NCBI GenBank assembly: GCA_964036045.1
Contig: OZ038379.1
Coordinates: 12,276,001 to 12,340,000, forward strand
Direction: 5' to 3'
Length of the DNA: 64,000 nucleotides
Source: Eutreptiella sp. 'Long Island Sound 2002'
Lineage: Eukaryota > Protista > Euglenida
Shown here: one piece after another, positions 58,782-64,000 of the stretch
Numbering within the stretch: position 1 is the first letter of the stretch
Layout: each line of letters starts with the position of its first letter
Notes under the pieces: model-generated
What the model was told of the DNA's origin: nothing
What the model saw: only the letters and a program-made list of their open reading frames with translations
Databases searched by the model: none
Translations under genes and position numbers: made by a program

Positions 58782-58957
58782 GTCGATTTGCACGATTTCT
58801 GTGAGCAGACCTACAAATTTGGCCGACATTGGCTTGTATTTTATTGACCGTTCCCACATTGATGCGTACCAATGGACAAATGGCTCTTGTCAGAGGATGC
58901 AACCGGGCCTGATTGAGAGAAGGATCCAACACGCAAAGGAGCGTTGCCACAGTAAAG
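58782..58957 (+). CDS. Schlafen/AlbA_2 exon 3
   Basis: The phase-2 acceptor CATTTCTCAG| matches exon 2. SICTISVSRPTNLADIGLYFIDRSHIDAYQWTNGSCQRMQPGLIERRIQ fits the AlbA_2 C-terminal pattern V+EI.V...Y...AY.R..GS...M. The donor position is tentative. Confidence 0.7.
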
Positions 58958-61900
58958 GTGGTGCTGCCTGGAAGTGTTTGCTGTGTTCCCCTGCACAGAC
59001 ACGCAGAATAAGCTGCAGGAGGGGGAGGGAACACGGGACCACAGCAAGATGGTTGGAGGAGAGCGATATTGGCAGAAGGGTGAGTGCCCGTTCGATGAGG
59101 AATTGGCTAGATGTTCCGCTCGGGCCGTTCAGCCGTGCTAGCAAGAATGCATTGCCAGAAGCGGGTTGGTTTTGTTGTTGAATTTTGAACCTGCAAGAGT
59201 GGAGATGCGGCGCTTTTTGACAACTGCAACTCTGAGGGAGAACCACCGCTCACAGTTCAGAGAAGGAGGGTACAAAAAAGGACTTCATATGACACCAAAA
59301 CATTTTGGTGCCAATGGTATGAACACAGGTACTTTTATCACCTCGCAGCGAATCTTTTACACAACCTGTGAGTGACATGATCACGACCGTTAGTGCAGAA
59401 AATTTGCAGGGGCCAGAGGGCTGCCTGAAAGTACACACATGTGGTCATTTGGTTGGAGCCTTAGCGCCCTGATGCAACAATGTGAGGTCTGAGACAGGCA
59501 GCTCGGTGGTCTCATCTTTTTTTTTACCCTTACCCAGTTTTGTCTGATTTGGGCAGTCCTTTGTGATCACACACGGAATCATTTTCACGCAGATATGTTA
59601 TACTTGGACCGGTTGAAGTAATTATAGAAGCGTTTTCACACCCCAAGCTAATGACAGGGTCCACGGGGGCACTATGCAACGACTGAATGGTGAACAGGAA
59701 CAATGGCTACCAGACCTGCAGTCAGAAAACTGAGGGTCCAATGCGGTCACAGTGGTTAGACAAGTCCGTACTAGCTCCCCATGGGGGGTTCTATCCCAAC
59801 GCCCCCTCCCCCCCCACTGTGCGTGTAAGCCGGCAAAGTAGTTGAAGCAATCATACTTTTTTTGTTGCTTGGCATGACTGCGATGTGTCCATTGTGTCCC
59901 TGTAAACTAGGTAGAATTGGAAGGCTTTCCTGACGATGCCTCCCAAGCAAGGGCCTACTGTGGAAGCAGATTGTGAAGGTTCAAAGGTTCAGCGGGCGCT
60001 TGCTTATGTTCAAGGACGGGGTGCGTTCTCCATTGTAGCAGCATTGCAAGCACGGGACCATCTGTAGCTGTAGTGCAGTGTTCAAGGCTTTGCCCCTGCC
60101 ACCACCAATGTTCCTTCCTTTGCTTTAAAGGATTTGGCGCTCAGAACGGGTATTCCGGCCATCAGACCTACCGGCCATCGCCTCTGAGTGTGCCGCCTCC
60201 TGCACGCTCGGACTGACAGTTCGTTCCAAGTCCTCAACAACGCAGCTCCACCCAACTGCCACGCCAAGTGGCACTGCTGCGCCCGGGGTTGCAGCCCCCT
60301 GTGCAGTTGTGCGTGCTGTGAACCCTGCTGGCCAAGCAGTAGTCCACACAGTGACTGCCAACCCATCCCGCACCGGGAGTTCAGGAGCAAGATCTCCGCT
60401 GGTGATGCATACATCAGCACCAAGGCAATCAGCAGTGCCTGCCTCGCTTCACACAGTGTGCAGCTCTGGCAGCATGCAAGTTGCCACTGCTGCACGCTCG
60501 AAGGCGATGGGCAATAGGATGGTTCTGGTGGTGGTTGCCAGTGCTGTTGGGGATTGGCCAGCACAGGACTCCGGCCCATGACCCATTCCCCAAGGACATA
60601 ACCAGGGGCATTGAAGCGACCAGCCAATGTGTCACCATTTCTTGCAAAGGTTCAGCGGTGTGATGCCGCATCAGCGCCACAGCAGTGTGCTGGTCTTTCC
60701 ATGCGGCCGCTGCTGGTGGCAGTGCAGCCAGGCGCCACCAGCTGGATACAGCAATCCATCAGGCGTCATGCCAACCCCTTCCTCCCCCTCCCTGAGCATG
60801 GACCAAGTGCCGTGCCTCAAGCCAAAAAGTGCCTGCCTGCCCGTATTATTTCATCCCCCTCCATTGCTCACCCAAAACGCATGTCGTTTTTTCTCTTGTT
60901 CATGTCCTCAGCCAGCAGCAGCAGCAGCAACAGCAGCATTGGGCAGTTTTCCTTCGGGGGCACACCAACCGCTAACCGGCTGCTCAGACTTCGGATCTTC
61001 ATCCTAAGACTGTGAGATTTTTTGGGGCAATGAAGGTGATTTACTGTGGGGAGTCGGTGGAGCAGCGTGACGGAGTTTTGTGGAGAGATAGCGGAGCGAT
61101 GCGAGGGTGTTGTGTGGGGAGATGGCGAGGTATCCACACTCATACCACACCTCCGACACCCTTTGCACATCCTTATGTAGTTTTCGACGCCCCATTGTAC
61201 ATTAGCTGTCAGTTGACAGGATCCTCTCGGCAGGGTCGTGATGCACCCCTTGGTGTGTGTCACCTGGTGCAGTGGTTCATGGTGTGCGTGTTTCAACGCC
61301 TGGGATAGCATTTTCTATTGGCTTCGTGGAGCTCTCAGCCCTGACACCCTATGTCCCTTGCCATTTTCCTACAGTCAGGGTCCGTGAAGGTGCTCAACAC
61401 ATAGCCCGCAACGGCACAGGGGCCTTTTGGCTGGCCTTTCAACAGACAGACATCACGTCCTGAACATTCTGATGTCTGCTGGTGATCCGTTGCTCTGCGT
61501 TTTCCAAAGTACGAAACAAGCACTGCCCTGAGAGCACCTTGCCGCCGGTTTGCAATGCGTTTGCCAGCAGACCTCTGCTCTGTTCCTGCTGTGCACTGAT
61601 GTGATGCTTGTCACCACAGCCAAGAAAGAGCATTTGTGTCGCCTGGGTCCTACGCAAGGAAGGCGGACTGCGGTGTGGTAAAGTACGCCTCGGGCCGTGT
61701 TCTTAGTTGAAACTGAATGCGAGGGGCGGGGGGTCTACCCCTTGTTTCAGACGTTAACATGTTGTAACACGTACCACATTGGAACGAATGGGTGAATTGT
61801 TGCAACAAATGGAGTACAGCACAGTGCCGATGGTGCAAGGGAGACGAAGTGGCTGATTTGACACATTTGGTTCAAAAGTGGTGCCACACCGCAACATATG

Positions 61901-64000
61901 CACTCACACTCACATTCCTCGTCACGCATTGATCATTTTGATGCGTATGTAAGTCGAGGTCCCTAACCCACCCCCCCCCCCCCGAGTCGTCGCGTGTTTG
62001 TTCTGGTCGTATCCCGTACTTTGGGATGGAACAAACCGTGTGTGTGTGTCCTCAATTTGCCGTCCCTTCCCTCGCCCGCTGGATGGGTAGGCTGGCCCGG
62101 TTCAAGAGTTCAGAGTCAATCAGTACACTGTGGCCCATATGAACGGCTTTTCCAAGGGGCACGCCCCGAAACAGCTACCCACCCGAACATCACATCGAAG
62201 CCAGCACCGATGATCCCACCCCCTCAGACCAAGACAGGGGTATGTATCTTTTGCTTCCGCCGTTGAGCGTTGATGACCATCCAATGCAGCAGCCTTGTGT
62301 TGTTGGTGCTGGAAAGAGCCTACCGTGACTGAATAGTGTGTGTCCGGATCCCCTTGCAATGCAGTCCAAGGAGAGAGAAAGAAAGAGAAGGAGAGAGGCA
62401 GAAAGAGGCAGCAGAGCCTGTATGGCGAAGGGGTGCTGGGGACGCCGTTTCAATTGATTGGGAAGAGTTGGCATTGTGCTGGGGTGCAATCATTTGTGTG
62501 CATGACAGTTTTTGTAAAATACCCCAATCATTTGCGCTCGTGCAATTCCTCCGAAATTTGGATGTTTTTGTATGCATGTTTTGTAACACGGCCATGTCCC
62601 TGGATGATGAAATTCGTTTTTGGTCCTTATCAAAACAAGGTGGCAGAGTTTGAGCAGGCCCTTGCTGAAAGGTGAGCTGCAGCATTTGCTTCCCATGGGA
62701 ACACCGTGTTTGCACACAATTCATCACCTTTACTGCACGCTGTTCAGTGCGCCACACCATGGCACCTTGACAGAGAGTCAGATGCGCCTGTTTCCACAAC
62801 CCCGAGTCCCACGAGACGCATGCACTGTGTGGACATTGTAACTGGGGCTACCAACCCATGCAAAAGAGCCAAGCCACGAGAGCCAAGAGGGGTACAACAG
62901 GTGCTTTTACACAATACGGATGCATTGAATATGTGGGACCCTCGTCTGTCCTGATGTGCTACTCTTTGATCCGGGCTGTCGCACGAGAGCTCACTTTAAA
63001 CTAGGTTTGCCGATACAAAAAAAATGTAGATGATTTTACCAGGATATAGGTATTGGGCTGGGTGCAACGCTGCATGCATGCTGGTACCGAACATTGAATT
63101 GTCAAAAAGTCGCAAAATATTGTGAGTCTTTGAACAGAGTTATGGTGCGGTGCTTGCCTTGCCTATAATAGCTACCCCCTTGTGGTTCATGCGCCGCAAC
63201 TTCGGAATAACTTAGCCAGCAGATGGGATGGGCAGTTGGTTTCCATATTATACGCTATTTGTTGCACATCCCACCCCTCTACACAGTGTATGTGTGATTG
63301 TATCAGATAGAGTGGCTGAGGGGTGTACCGCCTGAATTGACAATGAGCTGAAATAGCACCCAAACCTGAACTACAGGAGAGATGCACACACTGCAGAGTG
63401 TTGGAAGTGGGCACAGGGAGCAGTTTGCCGTTGAGCAATGGTGGTAGGTGCTACAAGGCCAAATAATTTTCGGAGGAAGGTGCTTCCTAGCCCCCTCGAG
63501 AATTGTTGAACGATTGATGCTCTATTGTTTGTCCAGATTTTGCCCTCCTCCGAAACCACAGTAGAAGGGTGAGATTCCCTACCACGCTTTGCACATTGAG
63601 CTGGTGCTGTAGTCTCTCTTTTGTAGAGATCGATGGTGTCAACAGATCAATGTGCACACCCTGCTTGGTACCATTTTTTCAAGACAAGTGGTTGTTGAAG
63701 GCCGTTGAATTGTGATTTTTGCTTCCTGTTGTCAATTTCACTGATTCTGCGTCTTAAGAGAAGTATTTCCAGCCTACAGTGCCGCAGCACCTGCGTTGCG
63801 CCCTGCAGCGTGCACGAAAGCCCCCATGTCCCTGTCTATCCTCAACAATGCTCTGGTGGCCAATGTTTCGACAACAAGGAAATGCCTATGGAAAGGGGAT
63901 AGTAGTCTGTGGCTGATGTGCATGCGTCAGGGTAGTGTTTAATTGATATCATGACTCCAATGTGCTTTCATTGCAGTGCTCATAAAAGTCCAATTTTGCA

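Noticed and set aside
60080-61015. Large P/S/A/Q-rich exon continuing the Schlafen gene
   Set aside because: Several stops or frameshifts and no convincing splice model; it may be decayed coding DNA but cannot be supported.
63187-63700. LINE ORF2 remnant (SEEGKIWTNNRASIVQQF...)
   Set aside because: Only vague resemblance; no endonuclease or RT motif is visible.

Overview
Intron-rich eukaryotic DNA, probably from a euglenid: a 22/26 match to the Euglena spliced-leader sequence lies at 10001-10026, and there is a TATE/VIPER-type retroelement. (1) 1-9530 (minus strand) holds the first four exons of a large secreted or surface protein with a Sib/integrin-beta-like N-terminus and at least 10 Cys-containing ~100-aa repeats; it runs off the left edge. 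(2) 10-24 kb is repeat-rich, with microsatellites, minisatellites, two hAT-type MITEs with 8-bp TSDs and scattered exon-like fragments. (3) 24228-34258 is a fold-back element with ~1.4-kb inverted arms. A complete 5.3-kb tyrosine-recombinase retrotransposon (gag-YR-RT/RNaseH, split direct repeats) is inserted in its left arm. (4) 35-43 kb carries exons of a BRCT-domain gene. (5) After a 200-N gap, 43353-57580 is a near-identical second copy of 18830-33049. It ends abruptly against the exons of a Schlafen/AlbA_2-domain gene. The most unusual signal concerns the indels. Every clean non-homopolymer indel between the two retrotransposon copies is an insertion of a TYRA tetramer (TTGA, TTAA, TCGA, TCAA, TTAA) with a 0-2 bp flanking duplication. 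Two more such scars, shared by both copies, exactly explain the frameshifts in gag. I saw none in ~9 kb of duplicated flanking DNA. This suggests an insertional mutagenesis process concentrated on the retroelement. No rRNA, tRNA or CRISPR array was seen.
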